From: an uncultured Acetobacteraceae bacterium
GTDB taxonomy: Bacteria; Pseudomonadota; Alphaproteobacteria; Acetobacterales; Acetobacteraceae
NCBI GenBank assembly: GCA_964243265.1
Contig: CAXTFY010000001.1
Span: forward strand, 15,556 to 79,555
Reading direction: 5' to 3'
DNA: 64,000 nt
Part shown: one piece after another, positions 8,566 to 16,965 of the stretch
How the letters are laid out: each line of letters opens with the position of its first letter
Position numbering within the stretch: position 1 is the stretch's first letter
Made by a program: the position numbers and the translations under genes
The notes under the pieces: generated by a model
Databases searched by the model: none
The model's input: the letters and a program-made list of their open reading frames with translations, nothing else
What the model was told of the DNA's origin: nothing

Positions 8566-8868
8566 ATGAGCACTCGATTGCTGAACACGGATCAAGCGGC
8601 AAGCCTGCTTCGGGTCTCCTATTGGACCCTTGTGCATTGGCGGCGGCCGGGCGGCAAAGGTCCGACGCTGCCGACGGTCCGAGTGGGCCGGAAGCTGTTT
8701 TACCACCCTGACGACGTGAACAAGATCCTGGACGAGCGGCGGCCGATCGTCGTGCGGTCGAAGCCGATCCCCACGAAACCAGCGAATCCGCGCAACCGGA
8801 GCGTGCGGCGCCCCGGCGGCGTCGGTTGTGGCGACCCCTCCTCAATACAGATGGCGCGGGCGGCGTGA
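8566..8868 (+). CDS. excisionase/MerR-type (AlpA-like) HTH protein, Cro-position gene
   Basis: 'LLNTDQAASLLRVSYWTLVHWRR...LPTVRVGRKLFYHPDDV' matches the HTH_17/Xis family pattern. Divergent from the CI-like gene. Confidence 0.6.
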   Translation: MSTRLLNTDQAASLLRVSYWTLVHWRRPGGKGPTLPTVRVGRKLFYHPDDVNKILDERRPIVVRSKPIPTKPANPRNRSVRRPGGVGCGDPSSIQMARAA

Positions 8869-9017
8869 CCTTTCGCCAAAACCCGCGCTTCCACGTCCGC
8901 TTTATCTTGCGTCCTATTGTAACGCCTGCTCGCTGCACCCCGGGTCCGATGCCTGACAGGCTCGGCGCCCGGGCGCTTTGCCCCTCTGCCGCCTGCGCGG
9001 CCGTCGGGCTGTCTGCC

Positions 9018-9071
9018 GCCCGAGTCGCGGCTTCCTACCCTCGACCTCCCATTCCGTGCCCGAGTCGCGGC
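9018..9071 (+). repeat. two 14-bp direct repeats upstream of the replication gene
   Basis: GCCCGAGTCGCGGC at 9018-9031 and 9058-9071 (40-bp spacing), in the 260-bp gap before 9130. Confidence 0.6.
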
Positions 9072-9129
9072 GGTTGTTCCCGCCCCGTTCGCGCGCGGCC
9101 TCGCCCCATCGCTTGCTAGGAGCATTCCT

Positions 9130-10326
9130 TTGACCAGACGCGCATCGACCATGGGATCAGACGGCAGACTACCTTGGTTCAAGTTCGAGCCGGCACGATG
9201 GTTGGGGGACCTGCGGGTATGCAGTTGGGGCGCCAAAGGGGTGTGGTCGGACCTACAATCGTTCATGGCGCAAAGCCGTGAGTTCGGCTTTCTGCTGGTG
9301 GGCGCGCGGGCCGCCACGAACCGGGAGATCGCCCGGATGCTGGGCGGTGATCCTCGGGCGGCGCTCCGGTTCATGGAGGAGCTGGAGGAGAAAGGCGTGC
9401 TGCGCCGAGACGACCGCGGGGCGGTGTTCAGCACCGAATTGCTGCGAATCTGCGCCATATCCCAGAGAAATGTCGCAAACGGGTTGCAGGGCGGCAACCC
9501 AATGTTGTTAGAAAACAATCCATTAGACCAAAACTCGGTTAACCCCCCGGTTAAGGCAGACTCAGACTCAGACTCAGAAAGTACAGAGAATCGGGGGGCT
9601 TCGCCCCCCTCACCCCTCGGCTGCGCCAGCGGGGCGGGAGGGGCTGCGCCAGCCGAGGAGGCCAACGACGCCAGGCAGGCAAGCGCATTCGACCCCGGCG
9701 GACCGCTCGGCCACCTGTCCCATGCCGGCGGGAACGTGGTCCCCTTGCGACCTCGCGGGCCGGAGCCAGCCCCGCGACCGGGCGACCCGGCGCTGTCCAC
9801 GGGCGAACCAGGCGGACCGCCGGAACCGGCTGGCCCGGTGGCTACGCCGGCTGCGGCGGCAAAGGCGACGGCTGACGAGGTGGCGGGGCGGGCGGCCCAG
9901 GACGCGGCATTCGACGCATGGAACCAGGTGGCCACCGCCTCCGGTTGGATGCGGCCGGCCGTGCAGTTGGGCGACGACCAAAGGGCCAAGCTGCGACGAC
10001 GGCTGATCGAGTGCGGCGGCATCGCTGGCTTCCGGAAGGTCTTGACGGCGTTGGAGGGGTCCGACCTGTGGATGGGGCGTCTCGGGCGGCGGTGGCATCC
10101 GGTGCTGGACGACCTGCTATCGCCGGCGAAATTTCGACGGGCGCGGGAGGGCGGCTATGACAGCACACCGTCGGCGTCCGCTGGCCTCGCGGTGCCGGTG
10201 GAGCGGCGGGCGCCCCAGCGGCCGGGACCGTTCGATCATATGTTCCCGGCCAGCTACATCGCCCGGCGGAGGGGGCAGGGTCCGATGATCGAGGCTGACC
10301 CGGAAGCCGAGGAAGCGGTCCGATGA
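9130..10326 (+). CDS. DUF1376-type phage replication protein with extra C-terminal domain
   Basis: N-terminus 'LPWFKFEPARWLGD' (DUF1376/YdaU signature). TTG start with AGGAG 7 nt upstream. Low-GC Asp/Ser linker. The C-terminal domain is paralogous to 60571..61122. Confidence 0.65.
   Translation: MTRRASTMGSDGRLPWFKFEPARWLGDLRVCSWGAKGVWSDLQSFMAQSREFGFLLVGARAATNREIARMLGGDPRAALRFMEELEEKGVLRRDDRGAVFSTELLRICAISQRNVANGLQGGNPMLLENNPLDQNSVNPPVKADSDSDSESTENRGASPPSPLGCASGAGGAAPAEEANDARQASAFDPGGPLGHLSHAGGNVVPLRPRGPEPAPRPGDPALSTGEPGGPPEPAGPVATPAAAAKATADEVAGRAAQDAAFDAWNQVATASGWMRPAVQLGDDQRAKLRRRLIECGGIAGFRKVLTALEGSDLWMGRLGRRWHPVLDDLLSPAKFRRAREGGYDSTPSASAGLAVPVERRAPQRPGPFDHMFPASYIARRRGQGPMIEADPEAEEAVR
9559..9576 (+). 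repeat. (GACTCA)x3 microsatellite inside the low-GC linker of the replication gene
   Basis: gactcagactcagactca, flanked by CGGTTAA x2. The local sequence is visibly AT-richer than its surroundings. Confidence 0.7.
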
Positions 10327-11108
10327 CGGCGGTGGACCTGCCGGAGGGTCTGCCGCCGCTGCCGCCGCTGCCGGAACGCATCGAGCTGCCGATCCTGCCG
10401 GCGTCGCTGCGGCACATGATCCGATTGGCGGAGAGCGAGCGGAATCCGCTGGACGGGCAGGCCGGGGAGTGCTGGCCCAACGTGAGGGGCAGGGCGCAAG
10501 CGGCTGTCCCGGTGTTGCGGGATGCCTGCCAGCCGGCGCCGTTCGGGACGATCGCGGCCTGGATGTCCTGGATCGCCATGGGGTGCGTCAAGACACCGGA
10601 CCCGTTCATGCAGGAGTTGCGGACGGTGATGGTCGCCGACCTATGCGGGGACCTGCCGGCGTTTTGCTGGACCAGGGAGACCCGGCGGGCCTTTGTCATG
10701 CGGGGACCGGAGGGCAAGTACTTCCCGGGGGACAGCGAGGTGGCCTTGTTCCTGCGGGCGGTAGCCTACCCGGTGCAGAGCCAGCTTCGCGCGTTGGAGG
10801 TGCTGCTTGCGGCCGATAGGGACGCGGAGGCAGCCAAGCAGGCGGGGGCTGGACTGTTGGAGGATGACGCGCCCCGGGGGGACGTGCTCCGCCTCGTGGG
10901 CGAGGTCAGGGCGGGCCTGCTGATGCCGGAGTGGCCTAGACAGCGGGAGCCGAGCCAGCCGTTGCCGGACGCGCCCCCGCCCCCAAGAGCCAGCTACGCC
11001 CAAGGGCAGCACCTCGCCGACATCCGGGAGAGCGCAAGGGCAGCCAACCAGGCACGGGCAGGCGGTAAGCCGCTCCCACGCCGGGATCAGGGAGGACGGG
11101 GGGAGTGA
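10323..11108 (+). CDS. hypothetical protein
   Basis: 261-aa ORF with an ATGA overlap to the upstream gene. Balanced composition. Confidence 0.5.
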   Translation: MTAVDLPEGLPPLPPLPERIELPILPASLRHMIRLAESERNPLDGQAGECWPNVRGRAQAAVPVLRDACQPAPFGTIAAWMSWIAMGCVKTPDPFMQELRTVMVADLCGDLPAFCWTRETRRAFVMRGPEGKYFPGDSEVALFLRAVAYPVQSQLRALEVLLAADRDAEAAKQAGAGLLEDDAPRGDVLRLVGEVRAGLLMPEWPRQREPSQPLPDAPPPPRASYAQGQHLADIRESARAANQARAGGKPLPRRDQGGRGE

Positions 11109-12055
11109 ACACCATGGGGGCTTTGCGCAGCCTGTTGGGCAAAAAGGCGCGTTGGCTGGGCAAACCGCGGCCGTCCTGCATGGAGGCATGGATGCGGGAC
11201 ACCATCCGGGACGTCCAGGACGCTCCGCCGGGCGATGCGGGACGGTTCGAGCCGTGGCTTCGGCGCGGGGGCATGGGCGCCAGGTTGCAGGCGGACATGA
11301 TGGAGCCGGGCATGGGCTTGGGGGAAGCGATGGTTGGGGTTTCGCCGGTTGAGGTCGATGACGCCTGGTATGCGCCGGGCTTCGCGGAGCTGGTGCGGCT
11401 GCACGGGTCGGATCGGCTGGGGCCGGCCGGCGGCTCGGACGTGCGGGAGCAGTTGGCGACCATTGGGCGTGAGCTGGACAAGCTGGACGACGAGGTGACC
11501 GCCAACACGGTGCTGGATGTGCTGACGGGGGTGGTCGGCGCCCACGCGGCGATGGCGGCCGTGCCGGGCATCGTGCGGTCGTTGGGTCCGGTGCTGCGGT
11601 TGCATCGGGCGACGGCGCTGCAGGCGTGCGTGACGGCGATCGAGGTCATGGGGTTGCGGCTGGACGCGACCGAGCAGGATCTTGCGGGCAAGCGGCAACA
11701 GCTCGGCGACGTGATCGACGCGGCGGCGGCGCGGGAGCAGGTGCTTGTCGGCGAGTTGTCGGTGCTGCGGGCGTTGGGGGCGAAGGGTCCGCTTCCCCGC
11801 GTTCCGCTGGTGGACGTGGGGCCGGGCCTGGCGGCGTTGGCCGCGCGGGTGCCGGCGCTGTTCGAGGTTGGGAAGGGGCCTGTCCCGCTTGCGGCGGCGG
11901 CGATCCTGCGGGAGCTGGTCGAGCTGCACGAGCGGCCGGTCGTGGTCGAGGGTCCATGGACGCGGCCGAAGCCGGAGCTGCCGGCCGGGTTGGTGATCCA
12001 GGAGCCTGTTGCGGAAACGAGAGGATCGCCGGCGGTTGGGGGCGTGGACCCATGA
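11105..12055 (+). CDS. hypothetical protein
   Basis: 316-aa ORF with a 4-nt overlap upstream. Leu/Val/Ala-rich, helical-looking. Confidence 0.5.
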   Translation: MNTMGALRSLLGKKARWLGKPRPSCMEAWMRDTIRDVQDAPPGDAGRFEPWLRRGGMGARLQADMMEPGMGLGEAMVGVSPVEVDDAWYAPGFAELVRLHGSDRLGPAGGSDVREQLATIGRELDKLDDEVTANTVLDVLTGVVGAHAAMAAVPGIVRSLGPVLRLHRATALQACVTAIEVMGLRLDATEQDLAGKRQQLGDVIDAAAAREQVLVGELSVLRALGAKGPLPRVPLVDVGPGLAALAARVPALFEVGKGPVPLAAAAILRELVELHERPVVVEGPWTRPKPELPAGLVIQEPVAETRGSPAVGGVDP

Positions 12056-12270
12056 TCGACATTGGCCCTCGGGAAAGCGGGCTGCGCCAGGTGTGCCCGG
12101 TGTGCAACGACCTGGGGGTTCACCTGGTCCGGGAGCGTGGCCAGATGGGGTACTTCCTGCGGCAGACAGCGTGCACCTGCCCGGCTGGCGCCGCGGTGCA
12201 GCGGCTTCTGCCGGACCCTGCCGCGGTCCCGTATCCTCCGGGGGGCATTGTGTCCTCCGGCGCCAAGTAG
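12052..12270 (+). CDS. small Cys-containing protein
   Basis: ATG 12052 makes an ATGA overlap. 'CPVCN...CTCP' motif. 72 aa. Confidence 0.45.
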   Translation: MIDIGPRESGLRQVCPVCNDLGVHLVRERGQMGYFLRQTACTCPAGAAVQRLLPDPAAVPYPPGGIVSSGAK

Positions 12271-12281
12271 AGGATTCCCCT

Positions 12282-12668
12282 ATGTTCGAGGCACCAATGC
12301 TGGACCGCAAGGCCAATGACGCGGGGATGGACAAGGACCGGCCCAGCTCGCACCTGGGGCTTGACCGGGCTGCCATGATGGCCGATGCGCCGCGGGACAT
12401 CCTGCAGCCCCCGCCACCGCCGCCGAAGCTGGCGGGCTTGCTGCAACGGCTGAACGCGGCCGGCCTGTCCATCTCGAACGCGACGCGGGCGATCGAGCGC
12501 AGCTTGGGCACGATGGAAGGGCCGGACCCGATGGAATCGGCGACACTTGGGGACAGGCCGCCGCAGGAGCATGACGCGCTTTCTGCGCTGCACGAGGCGG
12601 CGGCGAAGTTCGAGAACAACGGCCTGGTGCTAAGCCGGCTGGCGGAACGCTTAGGCCAGATCGTCTAG
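12282..12668 (+). CDS. hypothetical protein
   Basis: ATG 12282 preceded by GAGGA. 128 aa. Last gene before the terminator. Confidence 0.5.
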   Translation: MFEAPMLDRKANDAGMDKDRPSSHLGLDRAAMMADAPRDILQPPPPPPKLAGLLQRLNAAGLSISNATRAIERSLGTMEGPDPMESATLGDRPPQEHDALSALHEAAAKFENNGLVLSRLAERLGQIV

Positions 12669-12844
12669 CGGCTGCTGCGCACCCGACTTCACACGCCACG
12701 TCACACCGCACGGGCTGGTGATGCCGCAACATCTGCGTTGCGTTCCGCTTCCGGCACGGTTTAGGCTTGCGCCAGCTTCTTATGGAGTAGGGCCTTTGTT
12801 ATGACCTTGTCCGGCTAGACGGCTACCAGGCACCGGGGTTTTCA

Positions 12845-12880
12845 GGGCCGGCCCAACCAGGGGCCGGCCCTTTTGTTTGT
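12845..12880 (+). terminator. rho-independent terminator
   Basis: GGGCCGGCCC-AACCAG-GGGCCGGCCC (10-bp GC stem, 6-nt loop) followed by TTTTGTTTGT. Confidence 0.65.
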
Positions 12881-12914
12881 CCGGTCCCCGGTCGAGTTCG
12901 CACCCTGCGGCGGC

Positions 12915-12936
12915 AGTCGTGACGGAACCCTAGTGG
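12915..12936 (+). promoter_or_regulatory. variant copy of the TGTCGTGAC box
   Basis: aGTCGTGACGgaACCCTaGtGG matches 17 of 22 positions of the box. It lies just after the terminator and 19 nt before ATG 12956. Confidence 0.4.
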
Positions 12937-12955
12937 CTCACCTAGCCCGGTTCCC

Positions 12956-13477
12956 ATGCGAATTTGCACGCCCATCGCCAAACCCCACTCTGAGGGCCTA
13001 GCCGACCCCCGCGCGCCCCGCTGCTGCCAGCGGTGCGGCGGGATCGAGCCATCCGTGCGCTTCACCCGGCTGGCCCGGACCATCTGCACGACCTGCCAGG
13101 CGATCATCAAGGCCGGCCGGGCGGCGCTTCGCACGCTGGCGCCGGCGCCAGTCCGCCGGGTCCGGGCGGAGGCGGGGCGGCATCCGCAACACCTGGCGTG
13201 GATACGCTCGCTGCCGTGCGCCGTTCGGTCGCCGCGGTGCGGTACGCTGATCCACGCCCATCACGTCCGCCTCGGCACTGGCGGCGGCATGGGCTTGAAG
13301 CCGTCCGATCGGCACACCGTCCCGCTTTGCCCTGCCCATCACCTGGAGCTGCACAACGGCGGCGCCCTGACGTTCGAGGCGCGGCATCGGGTCGTGCTGC
13401 TGACCTTTGCCGAGCTGCTGGCCAGCCGGTCCCCCTACCTGCAACCGAAAGATCCAGTTCATGCCAACGACTCCTGA
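12956..13477 (+). CDS. HNH/DUF968-like zinc-binding nuclease-family protein
   Basis: 'CQRCGG...CTTC' pair plus 'AHHVRLG...PSDRHTVPLCPAHHLELHNGG' (H-N-H-like). Confidence 0.5.
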   Translation: MRICTPIAKPHSEGLADPRAPRCCQRCGGIEPSVRFTRLARTICTTCQAIIKAGRAALRTLAPAPVRRVRAEAGRHPQHLAWIRSLPCAVRSPRCGTLIHAHHVRLGTGGGMGLKPSDRHTVPLCPAHHLELHNGGALTFEARHRVVLLTFAELLASRSPYLQPKDPVHANDS

Positions 13478-13826
13478 TCCTGTTGGCCCGCCGGCCCTGC
13501 TGGGTGCTTTGTCTGTCAGCGAAGGGATTCGTCACGTAGAGCCGCGGGCCGTTCTGGGTTCCTTGGCCGTGATCGAAGGCACACGCCGGGCGGCCTGCGC
13601 GACGGTCGAGCATCAGTTGTACTCCCGCGCGGTCGCCGTTTCTGTCGCTGCAAACATGGTGCGTCAAGCAACGGCGGCCGACCTCGCGGACGGGACGCTT
13701 CTGCGGCGCATCGAGGCGATGATGCCGCCTGCTGGCTGGGAGTGGGCGGTCTGGGCCTACGCCGATGGCGACATGACGGCCATTCCCAACCTTCTTGCCA
13801 AGAAAGCACATCCTGATGCGCCCTGA
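13461..13826 (+). CDS. hypothetical protein
   Basis: ORF 13407..13826 trimmed to ATG 13461. 121 aa. Confidence 0.45.
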   Translation: MPTTPDPVGPPALLGALSVSEGIRHVEPRAVLGSLAVIEGTRRAACATVEHQLYSRAVAVSVAANMVRQATAADLADGTLLRRIEAMMPPAGWEWAVWAYADGDMTAIPNLLAKKAHPDAP

Positions 13827-14751
13827 CCTCCTGCACGTCTTCATCCCGCGCGCGAACCCCCTGCAATGGGAGGTGCCGCAAGCCCTGCATGACGCGACGG
13901 TGTCGAGCTTGCTTGACCAGGGATTGACGGTGCACGTCATCGAGTGCGCCTACGGCGAGCGGCCGTTCCTCTGCGAGCGGCCCCACGTCCATCACGTCGG
14001 CGTTCGTGCGCGGACGATGATATGGAACAAGGAGTGCTTGATTAACCTGGGCGTCATGCGTGCGCCGGATGCGCAGTACATCGCCTGGGTTGATGGCGAC
14101 CTGGTGTTCCGCAACGACGGCTGGGCGGCGAACGCCGTGGACGCGCTGCAGCTCTATGACGTGATCCAGCCCTGGGGCACGGCGTTCGACATGGGGCCGG
14201 AGGACGAGTTGCTGACCGCCCATACCTCGTTTGCGAAGGTACTGCACGATGGCGGGCCGGTCGCACCGGGCGGGGAAAAGTGGTGGAAGGGGCAGGGCGG
14301 GCCGTACGTGTATCCGCACTCGGGCTATGCCTGGGCGATGACGCGCCGGGCCTGGGACGGCCTGGGCGGGCTTCTGGACATTGGCGGCATGGGGTCGGGT
14401 GACTTCCACATGGCGCAAGCCCTGGTTGGCGAAGCCGATTGCACGATGCCGGCTGGCACGACCGAGACGTACCGCCGCCACGTCAAGCGTTGGGAGGAGC
14501 GGGCGAAGCGGACGGTGGACGGCAACGTGGGCTACCTGCGCGATACAATAGAGCACGCCTTCCACGGGGCGAAGCCGAAGCGCAATTACATCGGCCGCTG
14601 GGATATGTTCGTCGCTCACCAGTTCTGTCCCGACGAGGACCTGGTGCGCAACGCGCACGGTGTTTACGAGCTGGCGCCCGGCAAGCCGGCGCTGCGCCGT
14701 GACTTCGACCGCTACCTGCGGGCGCGGTGCGAGGACGCCAACTCGCTGTGA
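13816..14751 (+). CDS. GT-A fold glycosyltransferase (family-2-like)
   Basis: DXD motif 'IAWVDGD' (about 14086-14100). 'HSGYAWAMTRRAW' and 'GSGDFHMA' are typical of nucleotide-diphospho-sugar transferases. Confidence 0.6.
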   Translation: MRPDLLHVFIPRANPLQWEVPQALHDATVSSLLDQGLTVHVIECAYGERPFLCERPHVHHVGVRARTMIWNKECLINLGVMRAPDAQYIAWVDGDLVFRNDGWAANAVDALQLYDVIQPWGTAFDMGPEDELLTAHTSFAKVLHDGGPVAPGGEKWWKGQGGPYVYPHSGYAWAMTRRAWDGLGGLLDIGGMGSGDFHMAQALVGEADCTMPAGTTETYRRHVKRWEERAKRTVDGNVGYLRDTIEHAFHGAKPKRNYIGRWDMFVAHQFCPDEDLVRNAHGVYELAPGKPALRRDFDRYLRARCEDANSL

Positions 14752-15041
14752 GCAAGCGCATTCGACGGGTGCGGGACGCCAACGGGGTGCTGCAGGTGCC
14801 GGCGCCGCCGGTGTGCAGCCCTCCGCCTCCGCCCGTGAGGATAGTCCAAGTGCCGCACTACCGCTGGGATGCACCTTTGGTTGTGCAGCGGCCCGCGAAG
14901 CACGCGGCGATTGCATTGCGGCTGCAGATGGAGTCTGACAGGCGGCAGGCTGCTCTTTCGGCGTTTCACGCGCTCGATCGCGTGCGTGCGCTGCGAGCGA
15001 AGCGGCTGATCCGGCAGGGTGGCAAGTACAGCCCTGCCTAG
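14748..15041 (+). CDS. hypothetical protein
   Basis: GTG 14748 makes a GTGA overlap with the glycosyltransferase stop. 97 aa. Confidence 0.4.
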   Translation: MSKRIRRVRDANGVLQVPAPPVCSPPPPPVRIVQVPHYRWDAPLVVQRPAKHAAIALRLQMESDRRQAALSAFHALDRVRALRAKRLIRQGGKYSPA

Positions 15042-15529
15042 TGCAAGGGCCAACTATGTCGATGAGCAGCACCGAGGCGACGACTCAGCAACCCATCCAG
15101 ACTGCCGGCGCGGCGCAGTCCGCGTCGGCGACGACCTCCGGCCCCGCCAAGCGCGGCCGTAAGCCCAAGGCGGCGATTGCGGTGCAAGAGGTCAAGCAGG
15201 TCAAGGCCCCGCGGGCTGCGCGCGTGCCGCGGATTGCGGCGCAGATCCCGGCCCCCAGCGTCGGGCACCAGGCGACGGCGGGGGCTGCGGATGCGCCGAC
15301 GGCCAGCGTGGGGGCGGACGGTCCGTGGTCCGGGCACGGGATCATCACCAATATCGAGCAGCAGTTCATGCGGGCGAAGGACATTGCCAAGGTGTTGAAG
15401 GCGAACAACGCCAAGCTGGTGTCCGGGCTGGCGGCGGAGGCGACGCCGGAGGAGATGGCGGGCTACTTCCTCGATAAGTACTTAACCGGTTTGGAGACCA
15501 GCATCGGCGTTCTTCAGCTCGCGGAATGA
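15041..15529 (+). CDS. hypothetical protein with AT-hook-like segment
   Basis: 162-aa ORF. 'KRGRKPK' motif. Start uncertain (GTG 15041, ATG 15056 or ATG 15062). Confidence 0.45.
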   Translation: MQGPTMSMSSTEATTQQPIQTAGAAQSASATTSGPAKRGRKPKAAIAVQEVKQVKAPRAARVPRIAAQIPAPSVGHQATAGAADAPTASVGADGPWSGHGIITNIEQQFMRAKDIAKVLKANNAKLVSGLAAEATPEEMAGYFLDKYLTGLETSIGVLQLAE

Positions 15530-15601
15530 GGGCCGGAGCAGCGGCGCGCGTCGCGTGCTGCTGCCTGGTCATGCCGGCTGCACCAACGGGAGGCTGACAG
15601 C

Positions 15602-16012
15602 ATGGAAACGCCACCTTTCGCCATAACCGGGTTCGGTGCGGCATCCGGGGACCTGCTGGGGCTGCCGACGCCGCCGGGGCCGCTGATCCTGCCGGCGGCT
15701 GTCCCCCTGGAGCCGCGCCCGCCGACGGAGGGCGATCAGGTCGCGGCGGTGACGGCCGCGCACAACGCCATCTACGACAATCACAGTCCGTTGCGGGTGG
15801 CGCAGGTGCTCCGGCTGGTCAACAATGTGCCCCAGATGAACCAAGCCGACATGCTTGCCACCGGCGCGATGCTGCTTGCCAACGTGCTGCTGCACACCGA
15901 ACCTACTGCACGCATGAACGTCATATCCGGCCTGGTGTCCGTTGCCGGCGGCCTGTTGCGTGGCATGTCCCAAGACGCGCCGGGCGACCTGGTTCCGCCG
16001 CCTGGCGCTTGA
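15602..16012 (+). CDS. hypothetical protein
   Basis: 136-aa ORF with balanced composition. Confidence 0.45.
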   Translation: METPPFAITGFGAASGDLLGLPTPPGPLILPAAVPLEPRPPTEGDQVAAVTAAHNAIYDNHSPLRVAQVLRLVNNVPQMNQADMLATGAMLLANVLLHTEPTARMNVISGLVSVAGGLLRGMSQDAPGDLVPPPGA

Positions 16013-16341
16013 TCGCGCTGGCGCCCTGTTCGGCCGAATGTGCGGTTGGGCCGGATGGCGTCATAGACGTGGACCTGGTCCGCACGTCGTCGGCGGCGGC
16101 GCAACACGCCGCGCGGGCGATCAAGGGGCATCCCTGGCCGGTGCTGGTCAGGATGGGATGGCGCATCGTGCCGGTGCAGGTTGTGGCTCGCCTGGCTGGC
16201 GACGCCGTGCAAAGCCCGAAGCCGCGCGTGCGTCGGAAGGCGCCGGGGCTGCCGGTGGCTGTCGCGTTGCCCCCACCGCCCCCGCGGCCGGCGGGTGGTG
16301 TGGTCCGCATGGTAAAGATGGGGCAGCGTGAGCCGCCCTGA
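16009..16341 (+). CDS. hypothetical protein
   Basis: 110-aa ORF. TTG start in a TTGA overlap. Confidence 0.35.
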   Translation: MIALAPCSAECAVGPDGVIDVDLVRTSSAAAQHAARAIKGHPWPVLVRMGWRIVPVQVVARLAGDAVQSPKPRVRRKAPGLPVAVALPPPPPRPAGGVVRMVKMGQREPP

Positions 16342-16353
16342 CGTGCTGGGCTA

Positions 16354-16923
16354 GTGCCGTTCCGCGGCCTGCTGCCGGGCCACTATGCGACGATCCTAGC
16401 TGACCCACCGTGGCAGTTCGTCACGCGATCGGACAAAGGGCACGGCAAGGCGCCGCAAAAGCACTACGCCTGCATGACGCTGGAGGCCATCCAGGCGCTT
16501 CCGGTGGCGACCCTGGCGGCGCCGGATTGCGCGCTGTTCATGTGGACCACGTCGCCGTTCCTGCCGGCGTCGCTGGCCACCCTGGCGGCCTGGGGCTTCA
16601 CGTACAAGGCGACCGGCACATGGGGCAAGCGCACCCATACCGGGGAGGCCTGGCAGTTCTCCACCGGCTACATCATGCGCTCGGCCGCCGAGTTCTGGCT
16701 GATCGGCACGCGCGGCCGTCCGGTTCGGCGATCGGCCAGCGTGCGCAACCTGCTCGTGGCGCCGGTGCGGGAGCATAGCCGCAAGCCGGACGCCTTCCGG
16801 ACCGATGTGGTCGAGGCGCTGTATGACGGGCCGTATCTTGAGTTGTTCGCGCGGGAGGCGGCGCCCGGGTGGACGTCATGGGGGGACCAGACCCGGCGGT
16901 TCGAGCCGGCGCCGCGGGGCTGA
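16354..16923 (+). CDS. MT-A70 family N6-adenine DNA methyltransferase
   Basis: Catalytic 'DPPW' (16402-16413), 'LFMWTT' and 'HSRKPD' motifs in MT-A70 order. Confidence 0.85.
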   Translation: MPFRGLLPGHYATILADPPWQFVTRSDKGHGKAPQKHYACMTLEAIQALPVATLAAPDCALFMWTTSPFLPASLATLAAWGFTYKATGTWGKRTHTGEAWQFSTGYIMRSAAEFWLIGTRGRPVRRSASVRNLLVAPVREHSRKPDAFRTDVVEALYDGPYLELFAREAAPGWTSWGDQTRRFEPAPRG

Positions 16924-16936
16924 CGCGGCGCTGGCC

Positions 16937-16958
16937 TGTCGTGACGCCACCCTGGCGG
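16937..16958 (+). promoter_or_regulatory. TGTCGTGAC box copy upstream of the endolysin gene
   Basis: TGTCGTGACGCCACCCTGGCGG, identical to the portal copy over 22 nt. ATG 16966 lies 7 nt further downstream. Confidence 0.5.
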
Positions 16959-16965
16959 GGAACCG

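Noticed and set aside
8700-10022. 440-aa minus-strand ORF, and similar long ORFs at 10936..12123(-), 11087..12619(-), 13516..15072(-), 27812..29236(-) upstream part, 31299..33368(-), 52133..54055(-), 54062..55132(-), 3690..4979(+) and 36934..38235(+)
   Set aside because: They are Arg/Pro/Ala/Gly-dominated with no motifs. They lie antisense to, or out of frame with, ORFs that carry clear motifs. These are typical shadow ORFs of GC-rich DNA.
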